A stretch of DNA of 64,000 bases. Source: Antedon mediterranea. Its lineage: Eukaryota > Animalia > Echinodermata. Under the pieces are notes generated by a model that saw only the letters and a list, made by a program, of their open reading frames with translations, had not been told where the DNA came from and did no database searches. The stretch is from the NCBI RefSeq assembly GCF_964355755.1, contig NC_092675.1:3343812-3407811 (forward strand), in the 5' to 3' direction. The position numbers and the translations under genes were made by a program. The stretch's first letter is position 1. Every line of letters starts with the position of its first letter. Below, in pieces: positions 1 to 14,688 of the stretch.

Positions 1-3000
1 TTGATTTAATTTCCTGTCAATATTGTGCATTGACTAATTAGTATTTGTGTATGAAGGTTTTATCACTCGTGTAGGCCTACTGGCTGGGTTAAAATGGGAA
101 CCCCCTTGAACCACTCTTGAACACGTCACACTTGATAGATACTTTCTTGGGTTTTTTTGCCTCTTTCATTTTTTATATAACTGAATCACCTTTTTCATAC
201 ATTATGATTTACTGTATTATAGCTCTAAAAAAATATAAAACATCAGAAATTATAATGTTTTACTCAAATATGAATATGAAGGAAATAAATGTTTATTTAT
301 TATTTGGACATAAAAAAAACAAACTTAATTTTCACGGTTCATAAAATCTTCTCCTTAAGCCTATATATACTCAAAAGATGCAGTATATTCTACGAATTAG
401 AATTAATGAGAGGAATTGTAAGTTATCAAACATTGATGGGAAAATGTCCAAAATGGATGTTGCCTGAATAAGGGTGTCTCAACAATTATTCCTTTTAGGA
501 CTTTTTTGTATTGTGTTTTTTGATTGGGATTCAGCATTTATAATTCGATTATAAATAGCGTGTGCGACGCATTGTGGGTTTGGGAGCAAAAACGTGACGA
601 CATGCTTGTACGTGATTTGTTGTTTGTATATATACGCGTCGTGACGTTTGCTCCCAAACACTTCCCATCATGCATTGTATTGTGCAATGACGTTCCTCAC
701 GCTGGACATAAACTAAACGTCATCAAACGATTTAGACTTATAGGTATACAGAAAAAACGGTTCCAGACGTGCTACCTCTGCGCTTGATAATAAAAAATAT
801 AGGCCTACAAATTCTAACTCGTGAGACAAAGTCCCTGGGCTTTACTTCATTCATGATATTGCCAGGAACAAGGGTTAAAAATAAGAATGTTAAAGATAAC
901 GATTGATTAACGTGTTGATGTATATATTTTCATAGACAGAGAGAATGTTTTTTCATGATAGCAAATGTACGCGGAAGTACTACATAGGTCAAATAAGTAA
1001 ATTAAAGATGTCCTGTCTTGTGTGGAAATAGATAAGTGTCTATAAATAAGAAAGAAGTTCATTCACGTAGTAAACAGTCGTTGAAAACGCATTTATGTAA
1101 CTGAAAGATTATTAGTCTTTTCTTCATTCATTCTTGAAGCAAATAACTTACTATGTGTAGATCCCTAATTAAGTATCACTGTTTGTTTAGATGATGTTTG
1201 GCGTTTCTATGAGTTTATATTTTATTCTAACAAATTTGATAATCTTGGGCCTGTAGGGCCTACTTCACTCTAAATAAAAGCTTTTGTTTACTAACAAAAC
1301 TTAACAAGCGCGAGTATGGAATGTTTCAAATGTATAAACATTATTTTATGACAGTTTACATGTCCACGTTGAATGTACTTCGTAAAAAAACTCGTGTTAT
1401 TATTAAGTTAAGAATATAAACTTTTATAAGGTCAGAACTGTCATTTTGTAGGCCTATATTCTTTCATTTTAAGAAATCCTAGTAAATGTCTTGTCTTTTC
1501 ATATTATTATTGTTTGTGCTGAGTGTTCTAAAACTGTCTGTATGAGGGGCCATTTCATTATTATTTTAAGCCTACTCCATTTTTTAATACACGGATTATC
1601 AGAAGAATCTTGTTTTCTGCATATAGTTATCATTTGCTTATTTCATTTGCTAGCTTTAACTTTTAAGAACTAGTTAAATCGTTTTTGTTGGGCACCGATT
1701 TTTTGTATTTTTAGAAAAGGACTAGAAAAGAATTGTGTTGGGCGTCGACCTTTGGGTAGAACTTCACCTTTTTATTCGCTATAGAATGTTACACATTTAA
1801 TCTCTAATATCATTTAATTATTGGTTTTAAATGTGTAAATCACAAACAACAAAAGCCTGTTATAAAACCCTTGTGCGAGTTTTTCATAATCAAACAAACA
1901 AAATTGTTTTAATTTGAAATTCAAGGACTCATTGGGTTGTGTGCTTCTGATCAATTCATTTGTGTCGAGAACGTTTTCTAATAAAATAATACAGGCCAAC
2001 AAAATATTTATGAGGTTAATATGGAGATATCGAACGAATGCATTATTTCTTGCGGCGTAGCGGCTATGGGTACTCACTGGTTAAACCTATGGTCCCAAGA
2101 GCTTAAGGGGCTCAGAGCATGAGCAGTCCAATGCAACTCCCCAGCGTTGAAAGGCCCCTTAGGATCGAGTGCTCAACCAGAGGCCTTTACCCACTTTATT
2201 GGTTTAATACGTCACACCTATTGTTTTCTTAGAGTACACTTTTATTAAAAAATCGGCCGCTTCCATTTTATAGTCCAACTGAACGTGCAATATAAGTAAC
2301 TTCAATCAGTAAATTGATAATGACGAACATGATAAACTAAATCATGAATCACTAACATGACTGGTATACAATATCCGAAACATTCGTTATGACGTCATTG
2401 GAGTATCGATACCTACTCATGGTGATGCAATATAAATTTGAGGATTATCTTATGTGATTTTGGCATAGTTAGTAATGAATGGAGACACATGCTTGTTAGG
2501 CTTTAGATGGTTATTGAATCATTCTAGGTTTCACTGGTCCAAAAGTACCAACATGTTTGATGACAGACAGACTACCGATCCCGGTACAAAAACGTCACAA
2601 AAAACGTTAATTAATCCACCATAACCAATCACAAGTGACTTTGGATGATCCATCGCTTGTTATTGATTGGTCAAACTACTTACGGTGTGCTTATAAAGTC
2701 CAAATGGAAACCAAGCTTTATTATTGTCCAGAAAACGTATTCATAAATGGTACAAAGAAATATAAATGAGAAAAGAAATGAAAATGAGTCCAATAAGCTA
2801 TATCATTAAAAAAATACTATATACTATTACTATAGCTTTGCTTCTCCTCGAAGATATGCAACTAAAGTAATTTGACCAATTACAAACAACGGATCATCCG
2901 TTCCTTCGTTTGTGATTCGTCAAATGCCTTGCGTTGCGCGTACCTATATAGCGTACTTATGGATAATCATCTGGTATTAGAAACCCATGGAGCTATCTAA

Positions 3001-4786
3001 TTATAGCTCCATGAGAACCCTAATGTAAGGTTTATTTATAAGAATTTTAATACAATTATCATTGCCAAAAGGTTGCTTATTATCGTGTCAGTTTATAAAT
3101 CCACGTGCAGAATTAAACGTGGATGCCAAATACACGTGCTAACTTGGCATGCAGTCGGGTTTTTTTACTTAGACTATACCAATATGAAAAAAAATAATAA
3201 TTTGGTTCTTAAATATAGCTAATGATTCACTAAAACGGTACTGCATGGTACAGAAGTTCAGAACAGGAAAATGAGTCAGAACTCTATCGGTGATAGGGAT
3301 ATTGATGAACTGTTCTTAGACTTTATGCGCTGCTCTACTGATAATAATATATAAGATGGAGGAAACTATGACGTCACTGTTGTTCTTTGAGTTCATCCGC
3401 GTGACGTTAAAAACGAAATATGTAACTGATTAATTTGAGATATCGTTTTCGGAACATTATTTTATAGCGCCGTGTTTGGGGAACCTTCACAAAGAAGAGA
3501 ATCCATCCCCTCATTACCTCCCCGCAAAAAATATATGTATGCCTACATTTATACATATCGAAGAAATTGATTTATAGGGAGTTGGGAGAACTGAATTTAT
3601 AGCTAGCTAGCATTAGATGATCTGAAACCAGCCTCTTATTTATGGCTGTATTACAGTGTATTATATGTATTGTGCTAAATCATGGTTGGTACAACTATAG
3701 GTTACCTTGCGTGAGTCTCTCTCGGGTATGCTACAATAACTATAATGTGTTAAGAATGTTCTTGCAATGACCTCGACATTTTAGTAAATAGAATTACTTC
3801 TTTTTATGAATAAAACATCGATATATATCCTGAAATGAAGACCTAATTAAAGTGAAAATTGTTTAGTCTAAGATAATAGATAATGTATTATATAATATAA
3901 GTCAAAGATGCTCTCTGGAATACCATCCTGAGATGAGAGCGCGCCTTATTGTTGTAGTTTATTTTTGTTAATTTATATGCAATGTTATTTTCTATGGACC
4001 AAATATTTTGAAATTTTGAAAGATTGAATAATAGAATGAATGAATTAGCGACAGTTGTTGTTATGTTAACACATTATTAACACATATGTGACCAGAAAAG
4101 AAATGCATTATGCAAGTTATAATTTGTCGAGCATCACTTCACCAATAGGTGGCGTGCTGCAAGGAAAGGAGAAAGTAAGGAGGTCACAAACAACTTAACG
4201 CGACGAATTTTTTTGTCTGTTGTTGTTGACAATAAAAATCTCATTCCTAGGCCTAGAAAATTTGAACACGGTATGAAATAATTTATTGGTGTATTATATT
4301 GTCAGAAAAGTAATAAATATTAACAATTTCCAGAGCTCTGCAACTAGCGGGACACACAACAAGCTATTTAAAGCTAGGCCTACCTTAGTAAATAGTACCA
4401 GACCCTCCTAGTAGTAGGCAGGTAGCCTGACCTGCGTGCGGTGAGTGCAGACTAACTAGACTATATGTATGCGCCTAGCCTAGGCCTAGTGTCAGTAGGC
4501 ATACAAAATAGAGAGCGTGGGTAGGCCTAGCAGTGTAGAATAGATAGTAGCAGTAATTCACTAGAGAAGGGTCGACTGTGTGTGACTGTTATAAATCTAG
4601 ACTCTAGCTAGGCCTACACTTTCGCTCGCTATTTTAAAGAACAAAATTAGTGAAAGTGAAAATTCAATGTCTATGTCTATGTATGACTTGTTAATACTAT
4701 TGAATTGTAATCCTTACTCCGGTGATGATGTGAGTTATTTTTTCCATCCTTTTTTCGCAATTCTTCAAATCAATTTCTATTTTTAG

Positions 4787-7700
4787 ATGCCGCAGAAAAA
4801 ATCGCAGAGAGGCAGGAAGAAAAAGCGACTAAAGAAATCTACCAGAGGGAAACAACTAACGAAATCACAACTAACTCAAGCTGTAAATAGTGATGCAAGC
4901 ATTTTTAAAAACTGTAAAAAGAACAACACAAATTTAAGTAACAAGGAACAGAGTAAAAATCATTCAACTTGGAAACCATGTTTAGTAAATAGAGATGAAA
5001 AAGACATGTCTACTAGTGACAGTGAGCTGAAAGAATATTGCTTAATGAAAAACAATTCTCAAAATTCAAATGAGCAAATGTCAAATAAAAAATCAAAGTC
5101 AAGAAAAAACAATACATCTGAACAAATAAGAAGAACTTCACCCAGAAAAAGAAAATCATCAGAAAATAATGTTCATTCTGAAAATAAAATGTTTATTATG
5201 GACCAAGAAAAAGGTTAATAATATTATGCTTTTTACTTTATTTATTAGTATTTTTAATATTTAGAAAATGCAATTCATAATCATATAATCAATCAACAAT
5301 TCAATAATCATAAAGGTTGGGTTCACACTACCTTTGTTCCATTGAAAGTTTTTTAAGTAGGATTCACATGGGTTTGGGAATGCTTGTTTGTGAGATCCCT
5401 TGTCTACTTTGTTTGACATTAACACTTTTTCGGAGCCAATGGGAGCTGTTAATTATTTCTATGAAAATGAGAAACAGAATTGTAAATTATAACATTTAGA
5501 CTATTCCTTCTCCATTCTGTATTATAACACACCCATATTACAAACTTACCCAAATAATAAAACTCAAATTTTCTGTTACATTTTTCTTTTCAGAGAAAAA
5601 TGAAATTCCTGTTTCGAGTTCAATGAAACCAGTACCACGTGTTCCTGAAATTAATTATGATGTGGACAATAATAATGTTATTGTTGCCCCGCCCTCTCCA
5701 GACGTGTCAGATCTTGACAAAGACAATGAATCAGATGATGACTTACCTGATTGCTTTGAAAATACACCCTCAAGTATGTAATATCAGTGCATTCTGCTTT
5801 AATGTTTGTTTGAAAAAAACATTTTGCTGTGTCATACGTATACTTGAGCTAGCATGACCATCTAATTTGTTTTTAAATATCAACACACCTGCATGTAAAA
5901 AACATCTTTTTCGTTTCGTTTATTTTCCACTCTTCAAATGAATTTAAACTTAACATAAGTTTTTTTGATGATTCTTTATTTGTAGAACGCTGGTCTCAAC
6001 TGGATGTTGGTGATTTAGTGTGGGCAAAAGCACCACGCCACCCTTATTGGCCGGCTATAGTAAGTGTTTATGATAAAAATGTAGTAGGGTAATATTGGGG
6101 GTTGAGGGGTTTGGGGTGAACCTTGAGGAATCTATAATTTTTTAAATATTATTTTGTACATTTTTGGATATTCTACAGCTTTTGCATTCTTGTATAGAAA
6201 AAAACATTTGTTTTTATCCCATTTTTTCTTGAATTTTGAGACATTTTAAACTAACTACAATCGGTTTTCTGTATTCTAGAATTCAAAAATCAACATGAAA
6301 TTTCATTGGCATTTATGAAATGCAATGAAAATTTCATTGGCATTTATAATTTTTTATTTCAATAATATTGGTAGTTATTAGCTCAGATTATTAATATATT
6401 TTTATTGGCGACTCTTTTATTTCAACATAGGTGCGATCTATTAAGCGTACTAGAGCTTCAGTGGTTTTCATGATGGAAAATGATAATCAAGATAGGTAAG
6501 AAATCTACTATCTTAAGCTCTGTCTACACTATCAAACTGTATATGACAAAAAATATGATGTGACGGTATAATATGGAAATGATGATGTCATATCACTACC
6601 ATATTTGGGCATATCACTACCATATTTGGGCATATCACTACTATATTTGGGCATATCACACTTTTTTTTGTCAAACTAATTTGATAGTGTAGACACAACT
6701 TAATGTTTGTAACAGGTCATAAGTTGTCTGGCCTGTGTGGGATAGCGGATCAATCATAGCCTTCATCCCTGGCCTAGCTTTGATCGGTGTTTTACATTTT
6801 TTACCTTGCAATAAATGGTTTTTATTTATATTCATAATGTACCTTGATTTTAATTCTTTTTATTTAGTTTTCCGTTAAGAAACGCTAAAATGCTGAAACC
6901 ATTTTCTTGTCCTGATCGATGTAAATACGTGAGTAAACTTCTATATAAAGTAGATGTACAGAATGTAATTACTAAGCCAGTGTTTATTGGCTGTTGCAGC
7001 TGAATTTTAAGTTGTAAAAATTTTGTATCAGAGGTCCAAACTTGATAATTATGAGAATGTCTGAAAGTAGAGAGAGCACTTGAAAAAAAAATTGATCTTG
7101 ATCACAATTCTTGATCCTTTTACTCTTTCTTCTCCTATCGTAGATAGCAACTCTCTGATTGCTCTTGTTATTTATATTTATATCTAGGAAGAAAAAATGA
7201 AATGCCAAATAAATGAAGACGAATATAAACAAGTTATTCAAAAGGCTAATGATTACCAAGAGGAACGAGGTATGAATTATCTAATACAGTGCCCAAATAT
7301 GGTAGTGATATTCCCAAATATGGTAGTGATATGCCCATATATGGTAGTGATATGACATGTCCCTATATGGGCACATCACATTTTTTGTCACAAGTTTGAT
7401 AGCGTAGATAGAGCTTTACAGACTGCTCCCTGAAAATCAGAAACATAACGCAAGTGTCTATCTTATTTTCTATTTTAAAGGCAAATATCTTTCCTTTTTG
7501 GCTTATAAATTATATTCACAAATCTGGTGTTTTGAGGTCTGGGTCTAGTTTAACCAGGGAGATTTAAAATATTTTACATCTCCCTGGTTTAACATACATA
7601 TGGAACGTTCCTCTTCCACCATCGTAGAACTAAAGTTAAACCCTATATTCAGAATGTTTTCCTTCTCCAAAAGGCAATAACAATCCTTATATTCAAATAA

Positions 7701-10700
7701 CAGTTATGTTATTTAAATAAAATAATGACATGCATGTTTATCAAGTTTAGTAAGATAATTTGCATTAGCAAAGAGCACCATATTTAGGTAGAATATGCTT
7801 TCTTTTTTAACAGTCGTATATTTTACTTTTGACCTTTTTACTTCTTTTTTTTAAAAACAGTACTGGGTAAAAAAAGTAGCAAGTTTCAAGGAGCAAGTAA
7901 GTACAATAAGTAGATAATCTGTTGAATTAATTAAATGTTGACAAATATATAAACTGAAAGACACACAAATTATGATAACAAATGTTTCATAAGTAAACAA
8001 ATTTTTAATAAAAATGCAATAGATAACATAACAAAAAATATGCAGAAAATAATGTAAACATATAATATGAGTTCTGTAATTTTTTTTTTTATGTAACATT
8101 GAATGAATAAAGGTGGTGGTTAACCACAAAAGATAAAAAAAAAGATTTTGACGAATCAGTGAACGTATGTACTGTACCTACTAGTAGTTGATTAGATTAT
8201 AGTTTGTTTGGAGTTGTGTAGCCGAGTGGTTAGGACACTTGACTGACATACAGCGAGACCCGGGTTCAACTCCCGGTCTACTCAGTTGTAAATAGTACCT
8301 GGTTGAAAATACTAAGGATGATTAGGAGAGGAGAACTATTAAATAGTGATTTTTATGAATCCTGTCTCTGCCTGGTTTTGTGTGATGTTTTCCTGTTGTT
8401 TGTCCACGTTTTTTTATATTGTATTTTTATGGAGTCAAAAATAAATGAAATGAAATAAGGAGGCGTGGAAAGGAACTTATCACCTTACCACATAATACCG
8501 ATGCTTAAAAGCGCATTGTTCAGAAATGGATACAAGACTCATTTTTTTATTATAGTATACTGTACCATTTGTTTTTGTTCACCAGCGCCAGCATCAGATA
8601 CAGATGAAGCTGTCTATTTTGAAAAGTCAATACCATCGCCCTCTGTCGGACCTCCAAAAATGGATGAAAACTGCATTCCGCCCACTGTAACATCAGAAGA
8701 GGATAGAAAACCTAAAGATAAAGTTGTCGTAGATGATGGTAATGCTTTACAAATACAAAACAATCTGTAAGTATCAGTAAATATTGTTTTTTTGGTCAAA
8801 ATCTTAAAATAAGATAATACTATATTTAAAAGAGGTAACTGTGAAGGAAAGACAAAGAAAGTATAAAGCTCTGTCTACACTATCAAACTTTATGTGACAA
8901 AAAAGTGTGATGTGCCCAAAAATGGTAGTGATATGACATCATCATGTCCATATATGGGCAAATCACTTTTTGTCACATAATAGATTGATAGTGTAGACAA
9001 AGCTTTAAACAGATTTGTGTTCCCCTTTCAGACCAATTTCAGTTATCACTATTTGTCATCACAACATTCCATTTATATCATTTGTCAATTCATATTTTTA
9101 TCAATTTTTATCACATTTTCATCAATTTTTATCACATTTTCATCATCATGTCCATTTCCCTTTTTGCCACCACATTTTGCTTTTTTTATCGTAAATCAAT
9201 TTTTAAAATAAATAAATAAACTTATTAATGATTTTATACATTTCCAGGAAAATAGAATATGAGAAAAGGGAATTACGATTAGCAAAATTCATAAAAAGAA
9301 GCAAGAAAATCAGAGTAAGCAACTCAACAGAATTTTTAATTGACAAAACTTGGTGAGATAGTTGCTTATATAACCATAGAGAACCTAGGCGACATCAAAG
9401 TGATGCCAACAGGCTAAATAGCAGCTGTATCTAGAGTATGGCCTTAACGTCATCTTGAAACACTTGTTCTCATCTGATCACCAAAATTAAGCAACGTTTG
9501 GCCCGGTACTGAGGAGGTCACCCAGTATACATAAAAACCTAAAATAGTTTTTATAAAATTATTTTGTTACTGACAATAAAAGGAATTAATTTTTGAAAAA
9601 TGTTATATTTTCGCATACAATGATTGTATAAAAATCTTTTCTCACATTGATACGCAACACGTGATGACAGGGTAGAGGATTTGACTTCAAACTGGCATAT
9701 TTGATTGGCTGATGTGATGCAACTATATTGTGCGGTCCCTCTCCATGAAAAATCACTTGTTGATTTAAGATAGTGTGACAGTTTGACATCTACTTTTTAT
9801 AGTATGTCTATGTGCATTTTTGCGTTATTTTTGTTTTGTGTAATCTTTCCCTAATTCTAAAAAAAAATATACATTGCAACAGTAATTATGTGTTAATTTA
9901 CCTTCACCTCTCTATTTTTAGGAGCATTTAATTAATATTTGTACCGGGAAGACTGTGTCTAAGAGGCACACGTTATTTTATAATATGACTAAAACATCAA
10001 AAAGTATGTTGGATAACATGGGTGCTTTACCTATATATTCAGAAGATGTGGTAAGGATATGTTGTTGTTATTATAATGTTGGATCATACAGGTTTTTTTG
10101 CATATTCATGTCTTTTCAAAATATTTACTGTTTTTCGACGAGTTTAATAGAAGAATCGGAATTTTAATGAATGACATTTTCTATCTTTTCAACTAATCAT
10201 TTTTGCTTTATAACACATCAACTGGTCTAATTTAAAAGTTTATCTAAGTAATCCGCTGCTTCCATGAATCGAAAGATTTATATAATATATGTTTCCAAAA
10301 AAAGAAATAGTGATCATAGTGGAATAAATGACCATGTTATATTATGTGACTTTATCTTTTGTACTGGTTCAGGTAACCGTCTACATAGAGACATCTGTTG
10401 GCCATTGAAATCAAGTTGCCATTTAGATTAATGCTACTTGTCAAATCAAGTAAATTTATTGTCATTTGTAAACACATAAAAAACATTTACATTTATGGAT
10501 TCGGCTGACAAAAAATGAATAAGTGAGATTAGGAAATTAATACATATGAAAAGTTTATTTTAAAAGTTTATTTTTATTTGTTGCAATTTGCTTACAGATG
10601 AATGATATAAATGCTGTTGTAAAGTCAATCTTAGAGGGACAGTGCAACTCAACAGATGAAGAAGTTGGCTTATCGTATATTTTCAACGTTGGCATACCTG

Positions 10701-11748
10701 AGGTATTTGAGTTTATTCAGTAATCAAGGGTTAAACACAATTACAACATTGGATTGCATAAAAGAACAAGCCTTGATTACAAATGATGATAAGGAATGGT
10801 TTGAAAGCACTTGTAACTAATCAATATTAAATGATTTCCTCAAAACACTAAAACAAACAGAGATATGTTGTCAAAATGGATTTCAATGGAGTCAATCTAA
10901 AACTCATCTACACTATCCGTGAATAAGTGCATTTTGTAGGATTGTTAATACATAAATCATTTTGTTTGACAAATCCAGTAAAGAATTTACTCACATTCTT
11001 TAGCTTTCGCCATTTTGGCTGATGGCTTGATCACAAGTGATCCGATCCACTGCTACTTCCTGGAAATCTGTTTTTCGTAGCAATGATGTGTATACGTGAT
11101 CGAGTTCTAAATACAGCCCCTTCTTCCACGGTTGATTGCGTTAGCTCCCCTCCTTCTGATTTGGATTGCCTCCCATTTTTTCCCCCTCCCAATCGATGAT
11201 TTTTTTTTTTCTGTCTGCACTATCAAACCTATGGGACAAAAAAAGTGTGATGTGCCCATATATGGACGTCATGATGATGTCATATCACTACCATGTTTGG
11301 GCATACCATATTTAGGCACATCATACTTTTTTGTCAAACTAGTTTGATAATGTAGACAGAGCTTTATGTTTAAAGCTATTTCAGCCTTATCTTTAATATA
11401 CCCCTTTCATTTCGCCTAGCAAAACTGAAGTTTACACAAACTCTGTCTTGCTATATAGGTGATGTGAAAGAGTATTATTATTTTGGTCATTGTTGGTATA
11501 TTATTAGTATCAATCGCAACGATTTATAACAATTGAAAATTAATTTCTTACAGGCTATACTATTTGCTATAGGGAAAACTAGAAAAGTTTGCAGTAAGAA
11601 AGCAGAGAAAATCTTTTATAATATGAATGCTGAGCTTTTGGAACTAGAGGAAGGTAGTGTACCTAAAATCACGATGACCGATGAAATCAGATCAAAGACT
11701 CTACGACGTGCATATCGTACTTTAAATATTCAGATGGATTTGCTGTGA
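4787..11748 (+). CDS. PWWP-domain protein, PWWP3A/MUM1-like (12 coding exons)
   Basis: Phase-consistent GT-AG exons: 4787-5213, 5594-5773, 5986-6059, 6431-6495, 6868-6928, 7188-7269, 7861-7896, 8586-8766, 9248-9314, 9922-10050, 10598-10702, 11554-11748. PWWP signature VGDLVWAKAPRHPYWPAIV. C-terminal EHLINICTGK...YIFNVGIPEAILFAI...KAEKIF resembles the MUM1/PWWP3A C-terminal region. Probable non-coding first exon ends at 4270. Confidence 0.85.
6515..6701. mobile_element. MITE family A (TIR aagctctgtctacactatcaaact; internal atatcactaccatatttgggc repeats)
   Basis: ~24-bp terminal inverted repeats. About 12 copies in the window: 6515-6701, 7289-7416 (partial), 8866-9005, 11211-11365, 16798-16949, 19024-19157, 26151-26268 (partial), 26795-26934, 54028-54178, 57539-57692, 61549-61675, 63867-64000 (cut by window). 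Confidence 0.85.
8211..8302 (+). mobile_element. tRNA-derived SINE head / tRNA-like remnant
   Basis: tagccgagtggttagg (A box) and gggttcaactccc (B box) without a clean cloverleaf. Similar remnants at 15868-15935 (-), 17800-17856 (-), 23836-23905 (+), 33184-33235 (-). Confidence 0.55.
8866..9005. mobile_element. MITE family A copy
   Basis: aagctctgtctacactatcaa ... ttgatagtgtagacaaagctt. Confidence 0.85.
9436..9522 (+). pseudogene. Degenerate 5S rRNA-derived fragment
   Basis: ttgaaacacttgttctcatctgatcaccaaaattaagcaacgtttggcccgg aligns by eye to the 5' two-thirds of invertebrate 5S rRNA; mutated and truncated. Confidence 0.55.
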
Positions 11749-11791
11749 CATCATTATACTTGTGACATTTCTACTTGTTGGAACATTTTTA

Positions 11792-12405
11792 ACTGTGACA
11801 TTGTTATTTGTGACATTGTTATTTGGGACATTGTTATTTGTGACATTGTTATTTGTGACATTGTTATTTGTGACTTTATGTATCTTATGTCATTGTGATT
11901 GTGACATCATTGTACTGGTAACAGGGTAATTATGACATCAGGGTCATTTTTGTGACATCACTGTACTTGTTGTGACATCACTATACAGTACTTGTGACAA
12001 CACTGTACTTGTGACATAACTGTACTTGTGACATCACTGTACTTGTGATATCACTGTACTTGTGACATCACTATACTTGTGACATCACTATACTTGTGAC
12101 ATCACTATACTTGTGACATCACTGTACTTGTGACATCACTGTACTTGTGACATCACTATACTTGAATTCAATTCAATTCAATTAAAACTTTATTATCCCC
12201 ATGGGGAAACTCTGTTGGCCTTTTCAAAATACAGTACATAAAATATTAAATACGATATAAAAGCCATACAAAATATACATATAAAATCCTAAAATGTCGA
12301 TTAAAATACAATAAATAAAACTAGCACATGTCATTCATTATAAAATCGTATTGCAGCAGGGACGAATGAATTGCTGTACTTGTGACATCACTGTACTTGT
12401 GACAT
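11792..12405. repeat. tgtgaca-core minisatellites (15-bp then 17-bp units) interrupted by a probable truncated LINE 3' end
   Basis: (tgtgacattgttatt)n and (tgtgacatcactgtact)n. An insert at ~12164-12372 ends on the minus strand in aataaa...(ttgaa)n, after which the array resumes. Confidence 0.7.
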
Positions 12406-13748
12406 TAAATTGAAACATTATTGGTGCAAAATTCATGTCAGCTGCCGAGAGTGGTGCACACATTTTATTCACACTCAATTTAAATTGTTTGTATACATTA
12501 GCAAAGATCCTATTCTGACCAGATAGGAAACTAGCCTTTATAACTTGTGCATAGCATGTCATATTGCATGTAAATTAATTCGTGTCGGAAGGACATTTGA
12601 AGTACTAGTACTGTAGGAAATTTGTAGATGTTGATGTTTTATAATTTTATAATACACTTGATGGAAGTATGCTGCCTTAAAAACTTAGAAAACAGGGATA
12701 AATGCCGTCATGCACAAGGCCTTACAAAATTTTCATTGTATTGATAAAATTATGTTGTTTACGATATTTGTGAGTATTATAACATTATTTGGCATTATAG
12801 GCTGTTGATTACCTTATGTAATAAAAAAGGAGTTTACTTAGGAATTTGGCATAGTTACGGATGCTACCACAATACAGAATATGTGGTGGGCATGCACATA
12901 TGCTCTTTTTGCTGCAGTTTATTATTTTTTTATTATTTATTATAGTATAGTTAATCAAACTATATTGTGGGTAAGTGACAGAATTTGCCCTCAACTTTTA
13001 TGTTTTTACACATGCGTATACAAAATCGTAAGTTAAATCTGAAATGCATTTTAAATAGTCTGGCATTAATGTGTTTGTTTAAATCAAGAAATTGTTATAT
13101 ATTATAGGAGTATGTTAAAATTGCTAGCATTATAAAATGACTGAACTAATCACTAACATAAATTATAATTACAGGTATACGTTTTGTGTGGTTTTTGCAC
13201 AAAATATTTTCACGCATTGGAAAAAAACTGTAGTCGAGTTAAAAATGTGTTATTTTTATTTGTTATTACTGTATTTGAACATAAACTGGATTATTGTTTT
13301 AAGGATTTTGAAATCTCACGTGTGTGTGTGTATTAGAACTGTTTCCAGCTAATTTTTATGTTGTATGAATTTTCCCATTAAAAGGGTAACCATTTCCAGA
13401 TTAATTTTTGTTTCTGATTATATTTTGTATTGTGTTCAATATTTGTATAAGCTAATTTGACAACTGTAATAAAAAACAATGCAATTGATATAAATCGAGT
13501 TCATTGTAAACTATACCTTTCCCTGAGATTAATTTTTCATTGGAACTCCATTTTTAGAATGCTATTGACTGATGCTGCTATGTGCAAATGCTAAACCATT
13601 GTTTCTATGAAATATGGAGTCATTGATTGATTACACAGACATTACTTTAGTTAATGGAAATATATCTTCTTTTTTTTTTTCATTGTTATACAGTTAAACC
13701 AAAATAAATAATATATACAAAATACTAATTATATTAATATTTAAAATG

Positions 13749-13900
13749 ATGTTGAAACACAACATACAACCCCAAATAAGGGGGAAATGTTGAAACACTA
13801 CATACAACCTCAAATAAGGGGGAAATGTTGAAACACTACAGTACATGAACCCCAAATAAGGGGGAAATGTTGAAACACGTCAGTACAACCCCTATTAAGG
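13749..13900. repeat. ~38-bp tandem repeat (4 units)
   Basis: tgttgaaacac...aaccccaaataagggggaaa repeated. Confidence 0.75.
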
Positions 13901-14688
13901 AGACACATTCTGGAATCCAAAAAGTGTCCCTTGAATAGGGTTGGCTTTAATGTTTCAACATATATTTTCTATCATTCATTTCACAGGCAGGAAATTGTCC
14001 CTTTAATAACAGGGGTGTCGTCTAAATGGGAGTGGCCCAGGAGGGAGGCTCTACTATATTATGTAATAACTAGTTTTATAAATAAAATATTGTAAAATTC
14101 AAATGTTTCTATAATATCATTGCAAAACAGTTTGGCCAGCAAACCTGCAACTATGTTACAATTAAGCATATACTGTATAAGAGATATTAGTCAATTTGTG
14201 ATACTGATATTTAATACATGATAACATACAGTAATTATAATTAATGAATTACAATCCTAATGTTTAATCTTCTCGTATTAGTATTAGCAATGCAGTCAGT
14301 GCAAACAACAAGTTTCACACATGAATTGGCTTTCAATCTATTGAATGAACACAAATTGACAATCAACACAGCTCTGCAGGTATAAACACAATGCCACTTA
14401 CGGGAACAGCAACGGTTGTAGGTGTCCATAGTCCCACGTGCTCACTTGCCATCCTCATAAATATTGTATAAATTTGTGTACAGTATTAATTATATTATAA
14501 CAGCACAAATGTATTATCAGCATGTGATGCAACCACTGGTCTTGTTCGTTTAAACGCTTTTGATTTAAAAGACACATTTTAATACTGTACTAGAATGAAT
14601 TATTAAAAAAGACAACTGAATAAATAGTGAGAATTTGATATTTTGATTTATAATAATTTATAATTGTATTTGATCAGATTTTCGCCTG

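Noticed and set aside
1-4100. Short ORFs at the window start and ORFs overlapping MITE copies elsewhere
   Set aside because: No recognisable domains or splice structure; AT-rich or repeat-derived chance ORFs.
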